This document shows, in pieces, positions 8,801 to 17,737 of a DNA stretch of 64,000 nucleotides. The notes beneath the pieces are model-generated. The model searched no databases, was not told the DNA's origin, and saw only the letters and a list, made by a program, of their open reading frames with translations. A program made the translations under genes and the position numbers. Numbering within the stretch: the first letter of the stretch is position 1; the number at the start of each line of letters is the position of its first letter. The stretch covers positions 1,641 through 65,640 of the forward strand of contig CAJLYL010000001.1 in the NCBI GenBank assembly GCA_905210855.1, in the 5' to 3' direction. Source of the stretch: an uncultured Clostridia bacterium. GTDB taxonomy: Bacteria > Bacillota > Clostridia > UMGS1810.

Positions 8801-11800
8801 GTCCTCGTTTATGTCGTTTGCGGTTACAAATCTCTTGTCGGTGTTTCCCGAACCGACGGTGGGGGGAGCGTTTTTGTCGTTGAGCGTTGCGGATTTGACA
8901 ATATATCCTCTTGACGGCTCTACGGTGAACACCACATCTGCGCCGAACTCAACGTATGCTCCCATGGGAGCGCCGTCCGCGTCTGCGCTGATATTGCCCA
9001 TGGAACTGTCATAATTCACGGTTACAACGGGTTTCTTCTCAAACACTGCGGTGATGTCGGCGTCGCCGTCCACCGTCATGACGTATTTATTCGCCGTGCC
9101 GCCGACAACCGCTCCGTTTACGCGCCATTCTTTCACGCGGTAGCCGTCCTTAGGCACCGCGGTGAACTCTATGCGCACGCCCTGGGGCTGAGTTGACGGG
9201 CTTGCCGCAATCGTCTTGCCGTCCCTTGCCGCAAAGATGTATTCTTCCGTCCAGTCGGGTGTGCTGCCGTCTGTCATCTCGCCGCGGAATGTAATCTGTC
9301 TCGTGTTCGGAACGGTGCAGTATATCACGCAATCCGCACTGTCTTTCAAATCATACACGGTATACCTGCCGGTGCTTCCGGCAACCGATACACCGCCGAA
9401 CAGCCAGTAATTGATGAGCGCGGTGTCGGGCGTCTGCACCTCTATGTCAACCTTCTCGTGCTTATATGCCGTGTAGGTGAATGTTCCCGATTCATCTGCG
9501 GTAAGCTCGTTTCCGTTGACAAACACGCGTGCGCTCGCAATTTTGTTGCCGACGGAATCCGTCACTGCGAAGGTGAGCGTTTTCTCTTCTCTCTGCGCGA
9601 ACACGGCGCGGTAAGCCTCGTTTGACGTTACGCCCGATATGTTCAGGCTCGGGCTCGTGTCGTTGTCCGCACTGCCGTCCGCCTTGATGTACTCCCAATC
9701 TGCGCCGTTTTTCTTCTGCCAGCCGCCGAGCACATAGCCGTCCGCCGGTTTTGCGGTCAGGGTTATCTGCTTGCCGGACGGCAGGGTGTCGCCCGAAGCA
9801 AAGTTTCTGCCGTCGGCATATGCGCCGGCAACCGTACCTACCTCTGCGCCGACTGTAAGCCCCGTCTCATTTACCGCGGAGAATTCCACACTGTTGAGCG
9901 AGTATGCAAAGTTTACAACTATGTCCGTCGCGTTTTGAGCGATATTCTCTATGACGAATGTGTGGTTCTTGCCCGGGTTTTCCATACCGTCGGGCACAAC
10001 CCAGCTGTCAACCCCGAAGCCCGGTATCGGCTGTGCGCTGAATGTCACATCCGCGCCCTTGGGCACCTGTGCGCCGCTGTCTACCGCAAGCGCGGTGCTC
10101 TTGCCCGAGGGATTGCCTGCCTCGTCATATTTTGTCGTCACGTAGCTTATGAGCACGGAGCCGTTTGCCGAGGCTGTCGCGCCCACGGTTACGGTATCCT
10201 GACCGAGCGAATATATGCCCCTCTCGGTGACGATTGAGTATTTTGTGCTGAAATCGTCCGCATTTTTCACTATCAGGTCAATGGGGTATTCACCCTTTGT
10301 CTTGGCAGTGAATGCCGCGCACTCTATGTCATAGTGTAGCTTGCCGCTGTCTGCGGAGCTCATGCCGTTTATGTTTACCTTGACTTTGTCTCTCCTGGTG
10401 CTCTCGCTCTCTTCAAGGTTTCCGTCGGAATTATTCGCAGTCACGGTCACCGTCTTGGGCGACACATTGACTGTTGCGGCTGCCGAGAGGGTATAGCTGC
10501 CGTCCGCCAACGTTGCCGTAATCTCATATTTGCCCGTGGAATCCGGTGCAAACGAATTGCCTGTAACCAGGTCTGCACTACAATCGACAAGAATATCCTT
10601 GCTCTCATCCTTGGGGTCCTTGGCATATTTCTTTATGGCATATTTCACTCCGCTTGCAGCCGTGCGCCGTCCGCTCTCGATAACAATCGGCTCAAGCGCA
10701 AGCGAGCTGCCGTAGGTGAGGTTGCCTCCGTTTATGAACAGGAGCTTTTTGTCGGGGTTATATGCATTCACGGTTATCTTGGCTGAAACACTTGTTTTGT
10801 ATATGTTTGAGCCCATGTACATAGCCGTGATATCATACGTGCCGACGTTTGAGAAGCGGTAATGCGCTGTCCATGTCTCACCGTCCGACGATAGAACTCC
10901 GGCAACGGTGTCCGTCACTCCGGTGGATTTGTCCGTTATCCTGAAGTTGAGCTTGCCGTCAGTTATCGCTTTGCGCGTGCTCTCGGACACCTGTGCGCTC
11001 AGAGTGATTGTCTCACCGTCATTGTGTTTGCTTGTTTCGCTTGTCACGGTGTCGTCATACTGTTTCTTCACCTCGGCAAACGAATCGGTACGGTAGTCCG
11101 TGCCGTCAACAGTAATGTAGTCGGCGTGATTGCCGAAGCTGTATTCGTCATATGCGCCCTCTGCATTTGCCGCATAGTATTTTGTAACGGTTATCGGGTT
11201 GTCGTCCGCGTCCTTATCGGTCGTCACGCAGATGTAAACATATGCCTCCGAGCCGATTATCCTGTAACCCTGTGTGCAGTCAACTCCGTTTATGTTCACT
11301 TTAGCCGACAGGGTTTCAGCTGCGTCTGCGGTCTCAAGAATCTTATCTGGCGATTGGGCATTTACGAACACGCGGCGTGATGTAACGGCAAATTCACTTG
11401 CCGTATCAGGTGTGTCCGACTTGTCGGCAAAGTACTTAACGCCGCCGTCGTCTGTCATGCTCCACACATAAGGCGCGTCATAACTGTACGACACCTGTTC
11501 ATCACCGGTAATTGTCTCGTTTTGCGCAAGCATTGTGTAGGTCTTGCCGCCGGCATCTGTCGTCTTGGTGCGCCACACCTTCTGCGTTGACGAGGTTTGC
11601 TCTATCGACTCATAATCTGATTTGACAAAACCGTCATTGCCGAGCTTTTTGCCGTCCTTGCTCACGGTGAGCGCGGTGCTGCTTGCCGACAGTCCTATGG
11701 TCAGGCGCACGCTCTTGCTCTTGAGCACGCGCGTGCCCTGATATACCGTGCAGTAATATCTGCTGCCGTCAAGCTCCTCTGTCGCGGAGATTTTCAGCTC

Positions 11801-14800
11801 GCTTGAGCTTGAGCCCGTCTTGCTCCATGATTTGTCCTCGGAATCATAGCTGTACCACTGATAGCGGATAGGCTGAGTGCCCGTGCCGATTGCACTGATG
11901 CTGAACACCGCCTCGGTGCCTGCCGCCGCCTCTATGTTCTCCGGCTGTTTTGTAATGGAGAATTCATCGTCGCCGTCCGCCAGTGTAGTGCCGTTTACGG
12001 CAGGGCTGGCGAGTGAGCGCACTCCGTATGCATCCGAAGCCCTCACCGAGAATGAATATGCCGTTGCCGGATTGAGGTTTTTAACCTCGTATGAAACAAC
12101 GCCGTTCTCCGCCGAAGTGCCGGAGATATTCGCCAGTGACAGCTCCTCGCCGTCCGCCGTGATGAATGAAAGCTCATACACCGCCGCCTCGGGCGATTCA
12201 TCCCATTCTACGGTCATGGTGTCGCGTGTGATATCCGTTATAGCCACATTCTTGGGCGCCGAGGGCGGTCTCTTGACATTGGTTGTCTTGTAGCCGACAA
12301 CGATGACGTCCTCGCCGTTGAATTTTATCTGCGAATAGCCGAGCTGCCAGTTGAAAGCAAAGTCGGTCACACCCTCGGGCAGGTTATCCACCGTGCCCGT
12401 GTAGGCTACGCCCTCCATGTTGCTGAACACGCCGCCTACCGTTGCCGTTAGCGACTGCACAACGCCAGCTTTGACGTTGTTGCCCAAAAATCCTGCGCCG
12501 CCGCCTGCCTTGAGGTTCTCCTCTATGCCTACGGAGAAGCTGTGCTCCTGCTCCTCCTCCTTCGTCTGGCTGACGGTCACCGTGGAGCCGTTGCCCTTGC
12601 CGGCGTTTGTGAGCATCTGATTATCGCCTATCGGCTTAAAATCTCCCTTGCCCCAGGTAGTGTAGGACGAGGGGTTGCCGGGCGTGCTCTTGAGCACATT
12701 GCCGCGTATCGGCTCAAGTCCGTCGTACATCTGCGCTATCTCGTCATATTTATCCACCGTCACAATAACCGTGACGGGGGTCATGGGTTCTTCTATGATA
12801 ACGGGAACCGTTTTTCCTTTTTTGTCTGTGCTCTCATACACATATCTGTGGAAAGGCACTGTGTACATAACCACATAGTCATCGCCTATGCCGCCGGCAT
12901 ATTCCACCTCTTTTGTGGTAGTCCAGGTGGATTGGTGTTCATAGCTTGCCACTGCGGCAATTGACGCCTCAAACTCTGCCGCGCCGCCGAGAGACGCCTC
13001 CTCCGAGGTGTACACGCCGATAGATGTCTCTATGCTTGCGCTGACGCCCTTTGAGTCGGATTCGCTCTTGCCATAGGAGGTGGCACCGTTGTTGAGGTAA
13101 TCGTCATACACATCCGCAACATCCTGAAAATACGGTGCAGACTGCATGATTGCCTGTACCTCGGGTTTGGAGTAGTATGTCTCGCTGCCCTTGAATTTGA
13201 GCAATGTGGAATCACGGTCAACATCGGGTGCGCACACCGTCAGATAAGTGCCCACGCGCCCTTTGTCGGTGCGGTTGTAGTAGCTGTTGCTCTGGTTGAG
13301 CACACCCTCCCAGTTGCGCACGGGCTTGTTATTGTCGTCCGTGCTTATGTATGCCATCTGGAACCAGTAGTAATCGGCGCCGCTTTCTTTCTGACCCACC
13401 ACTGCTATAAGCTGCTCTTTTCTGCCTATATCTTTTTTTGTGAAGTTGCCCTTGGTCACGCCGAGAATCCAGGTCAAATCCTTTTTTGCTTTTTCGTTGG
13501 CGTTGTTTTTCTGATCGGAACCGTAATTTATGGTCGTGCCGTCAGCCTGGAACGTGCCGCTGTTGTATTTGTACAGCCTGTCAAAGAGAAAAAGTCTCTC
13601 GCCGCTGTTGCCGTCGGAGTCTGATTCTCCATACATATTAAATCCCATCATAGCTATCGGCGGATGATATTTCAAGCCCATGCCGGACGCCATCATGGAG
13701 CTGTTGAAGTCCTCGCCGAGTTTTTGAATATCGCCGATATCATATGTCTTTGAGTTATGGTTGTATGTCACGGTTCGCACCGCTATTTTGTCGTTTATTG
13801 AAACTTTCTTCGGGTTTGCCGTGCCTGCGGCTCTGCCGCCGAAAACGAGCGTGTTGCGTTTGTTGCCGGTGAAGTCGCCTGCGGCGGAGTTTGCATTGTG
13901 CAAAACGATTGAATCGTCATAGAGCGGAATCTTCGCCCTCTGCGAGAAGCTCTTTCCGTCATATCCGTAGATGTAGCCATAATTAAGTTCCTTATAGTTG
14001 TTCTTGTCCTTAACACTTCCCTGGGGTGCCGACACGGTGATGACGAGTTCATCGGCATTGTTCCTGTCAAGGTCAAACGATTCCAGAGTGACAACCGCCG
14101 CCCTTGTCACATCAGGCTGGGGATTGCCGTCACCCTTTGCGGTAACTCCCGTATCGGTGTATATCTCCGATGAGGAGATTGTTCTCTTACCGAAATAAAG
14201 CAGGCGGTTGCCGCTGTATTTGTACAGGCGCACGGTGTTATCCGCGGAATACACCGCTATCTCGTCCGTGCCGTCGCCGTCAAAGTCGCCGGCGGTTATG
14301 TCGATAAGCGCGGTGAAATCCGCGGTGTAGAAATATCCTTGTTCATTGAGTGCGGAATTGGGACCGCAGTCTGCCACCTTGTAATACGACTGCGACCTTG
14401 ATTTGCCGTCGTCGCCGAAGGTGGAAATTTCGAGGACTATCCTCTGGTTGCGCCTCTCCGAACCGCCGGTCTGCACATACACGGTGGCAACGGCGGAATC
14501 CCTGCCGTCGCCGGTATTAAACGCGACGGATTCGGCATATGCAATGCTTTGGTGTCTGTTTTCGCTCTTTACATTGCGAAAAAGTTCGCTTCCGCCAAGC
14601 TGACCGTCTGTATAGCCGTTTTTATCCTCAAGTTTTGCCCAGCCGCCGTTTTTGTACTGTCCGTAACGCTTGTATGCGCCGAGCGCCTTAAGGTCTCCGC
14701 CGCTCTTCGTCATGTTGAGTCCGGAGCGGAGCACCTGACCGAAGTTGCTGCTGCCGTTGTAATCGATGTAAAGCTCTTTTTTCGGCATAAGCACGGTGTT

Positions 14801-14995
14801 GCCATTGCCGAAGAAAGATTCTCCGTCATCGGTGGCGTCCAAGCCGCTAAAGCCCAGCCCCTCATAAGCGGAACGGTCAATGCTGCTTTTCTGCTCGGTT
14901 TCGGGCGCTGCCGCGACAGGCTGCACAGTCACGGCAGGCAGTGTGCCTATTGTCATGACGGCGGCAAGCGCCAAGCTTAGTAGTCTCTTTTTCAT
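5870..14995 (-). CDS. Giant (3041 aa) SLH-anchored mosaic cell-surface protein
   Basis: The start was moved to MKKRLLSLALAAVM (ATG 14995-14993, AGGAGGA RBS upstream). Domain order: signal peptide, FG-GAP/VCBS-like segments (GDFDGDGTDEIAVY), an unassigned module, FN3 (PSAPKNVAITDITRDTMTVEWDES), an Ig-like domain (GSRYYCTV), at least 10 InlB-B-repeat-like units (GYRVKEWRVNG...), one Listeria-Bacteroides repeat (DGFDFDGWYTDKEL) and three SLH motifs. Confidence 0.9.
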   Translation of the reverse strand: MKKRLLSLALAAVMTIGTLPAVTVQPVAAAPETEQKSSIDRSAYEGLGFSGLDATDDGESFFGNGNTVLMPKKELYIDYNGSSNFGQVLRSGLNMTKSGGDLKALGAYKRYGQYKNGGWAKLEDKNGYTDGQLGGSELFRNVKSENRHQSIAYAESVAFNTGDGRDSAVATVYVQTGGSERRNQRIVLEISTFGDDGKSRSQSYYKVADCGPNSALNEQGYFYTADFTALIDITAGDFDGDGTDEIAVYSADNTVRLYKYSGNRLLYFGKRTISSSEIYTDTGVTAKGDGNPQPDVTRAAVVTLESFDLDRNNADELVITVSAPQGSVKDKNNYKELNYGYIYGYDGKSFSQRAKIPLYDDSIVLHNANSAAGDFTGNKRNTLVFGGRAAGTANPKKVSINDKIAVRTVTYNHNSKTYDIGDIQKLGEDFNSSMMASGMGLKYHPPIAMMGFNMYGESDSDGNSGERLFLFDRLYKYNSGTFQADGTTINYGSDQKNNANEKAKKDLTWILGVTKGNFTKKDIGRKEQLIAVVGQKESGADYYWFQMAYISTDDNNKPVRNWEGVLNQSNSYYNRTDKGRVGTYLTVCAPDVDRDSTLLKFKGSETYYSKPEVQAIMQSAPYFQDVADVYDDYLNNGATSYGKSESDSKGVSASIETSIGVYTSEEASLGGAAEFEASIAAVASYEHQSTWTTTKEVEYAGGIGDDYVVMYTVPFHRYVYESTDKKGKTVPVIIEEPMTPVTVIVTVDKYDEIAQMYDGLEPIRGNVLKSTPGNPSSYTTWGKGDFKPIGDNQMLTNAGKGNGSTVTVSQTKEEEQEHSFSVGIEENLKAGGGAGFLGNNVKAGVVQSLTATVGGVFSNMEGVAYTGTVDNLPEGVTDFAFNWQLGYSQIKFNGEDVIVVGYKTTNVKRPPSAPKNVAITDITRDTMTVEWDESPEAAVYELSFITADGEELSLANISGTSAENGVVSYEVKNLNPATAYSFSVRASDAYGVRSLASPAVNGTTLADGDDEFSITKQPENIEAAAGTEAVFSISAIGTGTQPIRYQWYSYDSEDKSWSKTGSSSSELKISATEELDGSRYYCTVYQGTRVLKSKSVRLTIGLSASSTALTVSKDGKKLGNDGFVKSDYESIEQTSSTQKVWRTKTTDAGGKTYTMLAQNETITGDEQVSYSYDAPYVWSMTDDGGVKYFADKSDTPDTASEFAVTSRRVFVNAQSPDKILETADAAETLSAKVNINGVDCTQGYRIIGSEAYVYICVTTDKDADDNPITVTKYYAANAEGAYDEYSFGNHADYITVDGTDYRTDSFAEVKKQYDDTVTSETSKHNDGETITLSAQVSESTRKAITDGKLNFRITDKSTGVTDTVAGVLSSDGETWTAHYRFSNVGTYDITAMYMGSNIYKTSVSAKITVNAYNPDKKLLFINGGNLTYGSSLALEPIVIESGRRTAASGVKYAIKKYAKDPKDESKDILVDCSADLVTGNSFAPDSTGKYEITATLADGSYTLSAAATVNVSPKTVTVTANNSDGNLEESESTRRDKVKVNINGMSSADSGKLHYDIECAAFTAKTKGEYPIDLIVKNADDFSTKYSIVTERGIYSLGQDTVTVGATASANGSVLISYVTTKYDEAGNPSGKSTALAVDSGAQVPKGADVTFSAQPIPGFGVDSWVVPDGMENPGKNHTFVIENIAQNATDIVVNFAYSLNSVEFSAVNETGLTVGAEVGTVAGAYADGRNFASGDTLPSGKQITLTAKPADGYVLGGWQKKNGADWEYIKADGSADNDTSPSLNISGVTSNEAYRAVFAQREEKTLTFAVTDSVGNKIASARVFVNGNELTADESGTFTYTAYKHEKVDIEVQTPDTALINYWLFGGVSVAGSTGRYTVYDLKDSADCVIYCTVPNTRQITFRGEMTDGSTPDWTEEYIFAARDGKTIAASPSTQPQGVRIEFTAVPKDGYRVKEWRVNGAVVGGTANKYVMTVDGDADITAVFEKKPVVTVNYDSSMGNISADADGAPMGAYVEFGADVVFTVEPSRGYIVKSATLNDKNAPPTVGSGNTDKRFVTANDINEDTTLEVTFAKKPVITAAVGRNGSAELIGTADFAAETIASGDYVDFDTDITVTVKPEYKYVIDSVTLNGAPVALTTEENSDDASFTLKSVNADCNIEISFCALETLEFGFSVVNTEGDAESGYHGYFNEKSERKNMEAYNASASGSLNAKTLIFEGSTVTLTAVAEEGYRVREWTIDGEVRTDIGNTLVLTYDEIKAFSDKTVKVQFEEGKGRLTFTQPTGGTITASAEGTEFLSGGTPETGAEVEFTLTPDEHYVLKNWLLNGSPLADENGLTYVFTADEADATVSAELEKEQLAITAAAEANGSVSGLPAVVRHGDSITLIAAAELGYEFEGWYENGARIDGAEAEYTFTAETDADFVAKFTEKEAKTVYTITLLPTENGSISATVGGKPVTEVEEGTEVTFTAAADTNYMFYAWTDDAAAETADSFVRTVSGSMTVGAQFIPSLFYDLTYGVAEGTDGGDVSAKKGETSITPNIVVRHARGSKLVFTAAPDGDKMVKEWIVNGEVKDEISNTFELELLENTKVTVEFEELRLWKLPSDSADYMLTDITRTPSDYGTDADRTVRDRGDAQFTVKAADGKTVTAFDIPDDTADAVDVVKNDDASYTVKLEGIKKDVIPSITVEQGVPLTVKTAANGTLTVKRGDETLSDGSAVKAGDELTVTATPNSGYRTYAIKVNGNAITNGKYTVADADSAVVISTEFTRAGGGGSSGSSSGGFTVSFDSNGGSKVDSVKSAKGETVKEPTAPTKDGFDFDGWYTDKELTEKYDFAQKVARSFTLYAKWNEKTAETPEWNNPFGDVKADDWFFDAVKYANENSLMSGTETDEFDPDSSVTRAMLVTILWRAEGKPQVNLIMPFDDVAEGEYYAEAVRWAASEGIVKGYSATEFAPDDNILREQIAAIMHRYADFKGYDTTVGDNTNILSYADYADISEYAIPSLQYAVGSGLIKGKTASTVNPSDNATRAETAEIIKRLIEFNK

Positions 14996-15061
14996 TTTGA
15001 ATCCTCCTGTTGAAATTTGTAAACACATCAATTTTAGTACACACACGCAATCCTGCGCAAA

Positions 15062-15143
15062 GGCGAAGTGCATATGCTGTGTATCGGCAAGAACCGTAGC
15101 GAATGCGTGTCGAGCCGATACACAGCATATGCACCGAGCCGAC
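15062..15143 (-). repeat. Hairpin repeat (21-bp perfect stem), a member of the family also seen at 51.7-54.95 kb
   Basis: Arms gtgcatatgctgtgtatcggc (15068-15088) and gccgatacacagcatatgcac (15114-15134), with a 25-nt loop. Read on the minus strand, it shares the flanks ggctcggtg...tcgcc and the loop start acacgcat with the other copies. Confidence 0.85.
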
Positions 15144-15172
15144 GCGTCATCTCGGTGCGATACTGCCTAAAT

Positions 15173-17527
15173 CTATATTATATGCAGTTTTTCTGCAATT
15201 GTTTTTGCCTCGCTGCGGCGGCTCACGCCGAGTTTTTGAAATATGTGGCTGACATGGCTTTTTACCGTGGCAAGCCTTATGCCCAGTATTCTGCCTATTT
15301 CGGAATTGCTCTTGTCTGCGCATATGAGCCGCAGCACCTGGATTTCCGTTTCGGTCAGTTTTTCCGCGTCCGATTTTTTCGGCCGCAGAAAATCGGGATA
15401 ATACACCGCCTGAGTCCGCGCCGACTTTGTCGCCTTTTTGACAAAGGCAGTCTGCTCGCACTGCGCAAGCAGCGGCAGCACTGCCGCGCCGTAGCTGCTT
15501 ACCGTCTGCACAAATCCGTACTCCGCGGCGATTTTCACCGCGCGTTTTATGTCGTCAAGCCATGCGCCGTCTCCGAGGCGCTGTTTTGCTATCGCCGACA
15601 GGACGTGCAGATGAATCGCGTCTATGTGGCGCGAGCACCTTTCGCAGTACGGCTTGAGTGGCGACAGCGTGAGCAGAGCCGCCTCCCCGTCGCCGAATGT
15701 GAGCTCCGCCATTGCTTCGGTGAAGTATTGATACCGCTTGAGCGTGCGCATATTTACGGAGTCCCTCGGCGCTTTTGTCCAATACCATTTTTCCGCCGCC
15801 GTCACGTCGTCGCAGCGCATATCTATGCGGCACATCATGGCGTCTATGTTTGGCATAAACCGTTCCAGACCCCTCTGTGCAAATCTCTCGCGCATTGCCG
15901 CAAGTGCGTCTCTTGCGTCGACCGCCCTGCCGGAGTGTATCTGGCTGCGCACCAGCAGCCCCACGAGGGCAAACTCTATGTCGGGAGTTCCGCTGCCCTG
16001 TACCTCGCTCAGGCGCGACACCAGGGTGAGCATCTTGCTCGACACATCTTCGCCTTTTTCAAACTTGCTCTCGGCTATGGCACATTCGGGCAGCACCGTG
16101 CCGTCCTTGCCGAGCACCGCCATTACCGGCAGCCTTATTGTGGCATAGAGCAAATCGTCGATTTTGCTCCAATCCGAAAAATCTTTTCCGCCGTTCATTA
16201 TGCTCGGCAGTGTGCTCGTCACCGAGAATGCCGGCAAATCTATCTCCTTGTTCGCCATGAGGACGAATGCCGATTTTATGGTGTCGATAAGCCCGGTAAC
16301 GCCGCGCTGCGGCAGCGCCACATCAAGCCATATCAGGCGGCTTTTTGCCTCCTTTGCAGCCGCGTCGGTGCCCTTGCGCACCGACGCGAAGTCTTTCAGA
16401 CGATTGTACCATTTTTCCGATCCGTCATAATCCGCGTGCAGGGCGCACAGCATACTTTTGCCCTGCATGAGCGCAGGGCTTGCCTCGATTGACGAATCGG
16501 GCAGTGACATATAATAGCTTTCCATTTCTTCGTAGTGCCCCATGCCGGGATGAAGCCTCGTCGCCTTAATCAGCAGCTCGGACACCTTGCTGTTTTCGCC
16601 GCTTTTCATGTAGTATTCCAGCGCCTCGGCGTAGTCCTGCCGCAGCTCGTAAAAGAGTCCGCAGCGGCTGTATAGCGCGCGGCGCTGCTCCTCGGTGTAC
16701 TCGCGGTTCTGCTCCCACATGAGAAATTCGCGGAACACCGGCCAGAAATGGAAGGTGTCCGGCGCGTCATATATCATCATGCTCGAATCATCTTGCAGCT
16801 GCGTCAGCAGCTTGCCGGCATTCATGTCGCCGCTCACCATCTTTGCAAGCTCCACCGTTATCTTTTCAAAGGACGCAAGCTCCAGCAAAAACCGCCGCGT
16901 CGGCAAATCGAACCGCCTGTATATCATCTCGTCAAAGTACATATATATCTCATGCGTCAGCTCGCCGAGCAGTCTGCTGTCATACGGCTCGCCTTTTTTC
17001 AGGTGCTCCGCCGTAAGCGCGAGCGCAAGCGGATAGCCGAGAGTATCGCGCATTATGGCGTTTCGCTCGTCGTCCGTCGGTCTGACCGATGATTTTTCAA
17101 AAAAATCCTCGGCAGTCCCGCGGTCAAAGAACATATCATCAGCCGATATTTCATACATCAGTCCCGACAGGCGAAAAGGCATCAGCCACCCCGGGATTGC
17201 TCCGCGCGTCAGCAGCAGAAAGCGTTTCTGAGGATTTTCGCGTATCAGCGAGCACAGATTCATCTGTTCGTTCTCCGCGCTCATGTACTGCATATCGTCT
17301 ATGCAAAGCACATCCCACTTATCGGTATCGTTTATCCTGTCGCTTATTTTATCGCCAGACATTTTGAGCACACGCTCACACCTGTCGCCGAGCACTTTCT
17401 CGGCAAGCGCGGTCTTGCCGAAACCGCACGGCGCACGCAATATCATTATTCGCCCTTTTTCAAAAAATTCATGAAATTTCTTTGTGTTGTCGGGTTTTGT
17501 GACAATTGCCTTTTTCAGAGTTATCAC
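15173..17527 (-). CDS. MalT-like (LAL/STAND) ATPase transcriptional regulator with a C-terminal LuxR HTH
   Basis: 784 aa. P-loop APCGFGKT, Walker-B-like VLCIDDMQ, a long helical middle, and a C-terminal LTETEIQVLRLICADKSNSEIGRILGIRLATVKSHVSHIFQKLGV. GTG start. Confidence 0.85.
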   Translation of the reverse strand: MITLKKAIVTKPDNTKKFHEFFEKGRIMILRAPCGFGKTALAEKVLGDRCERVLKMSGDKISDRINDTDKWDVLCIDDMQYMSAENEQMNLCSLIRENPQKRFLLLTRGAIPGWLMPFRLSGLMYEISADDMFFDRGTAEDFFEKSSVRPTDDERNAIMRDTLGYPLALALTAEHLKKGEPYDSRLLGELTHEIYMYFDEMIYRRFDLPTRRFLLELASFEKITVELAKMVSGDMNAGKLLTQLQDDSSMMIYDAPDTFHFWPVFREFLMWEQNREYTEEQRRALYSRCGLFYELRQDYAEALEYYMKSGENSKVSELLIKATRLHPGMGHYEEMESYYMSLPDSSIEASPALMQGKSMLCALHADYDGSEKWYNRLKDFASVRKGTDAAAKEAKSRLIWLDVALPQRGVTGLIDTIKSAFVLMANKEIDLPAFSVTSTLPSIMNGGKDFSDWSKIDDLLYATIRLPVMAVLGKDGTVLPECAIAESKFEKGEDVSSKMLTLVSRLSEVQGSGTPDIEFALVGLLVRSQIHSGRAVDARDALAAMRERFAQRGLERFMPNIDAMMCRIDMRCDDVTAAEKWYWTKAPRDSVNMRTLKRYQYFTEAMAELTFGDGEAALLTLSPLKPYCERCSRHIDAIHLHVLSAIAKQRLGDGAWLDDIKRAVKIAAEYGFVQTVSSYGAAVLPLLAQCEQTAFVKKATKSARTQAVYYPDFLRPKKSDAEKLTETEIQVLRLICADKSNSEIGRILGIRLATVKSHVSHIFQKLGVSRRSEAKTIAEKLHII

Positions 17528-17737
17528 TTCCTTTTTTTCTTTGCATCATTTTCTACATTTTATTGTATCAGCAAAATCGGTTTTTGTCATCATCCCAAAG
17601 TATGATTTTTATAAGTTTTTTGCAAAAAAGCGGCGCACAAAAGAGATATTTTGCCGTCTGCCGGTTCAAAAAGCTCGGTTTTCGCCGAAAATGCATTGTA
17701 AAATCCTTGATTTTGTGATACAATCACATTAAAGGGG

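Noticed and set aside
5870-14995. Rhs/Tc-type polymorphic toxin, suggested by the N-terminal FG-GAP-like region
   Set aside because: There are no YD/RHS repeats, no C-terminal toxin tip and no immunity gene. The C-terminus is a triple SLH wall anchor, which fits a structural or adhesive surface protein.
15068-16492. 474-aa + strand ORF antisense to the STAND/LuxR regulator. Similar long antisense ORFs occur at 36091..37263, 27190..28026, 24767..25570 and 31291..31956
   Set aside because: The explanation is the same codon-register shadow effect. In every case the opposite strand carries a gene with strong family motifs. Such shadows disappear inside the AT-rich island, where TTA and TCA codons are common.
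15173-17527. Antiviral STAND NTPase (Avs-like defence protein)
   Set aside because: The C-terminus is a canonical LuxR DNA-binding HTH rather than a nuclease, protease or other effector. The overall layout matches MalT/LAL transcription activators, and no other defence genes are adjacent.
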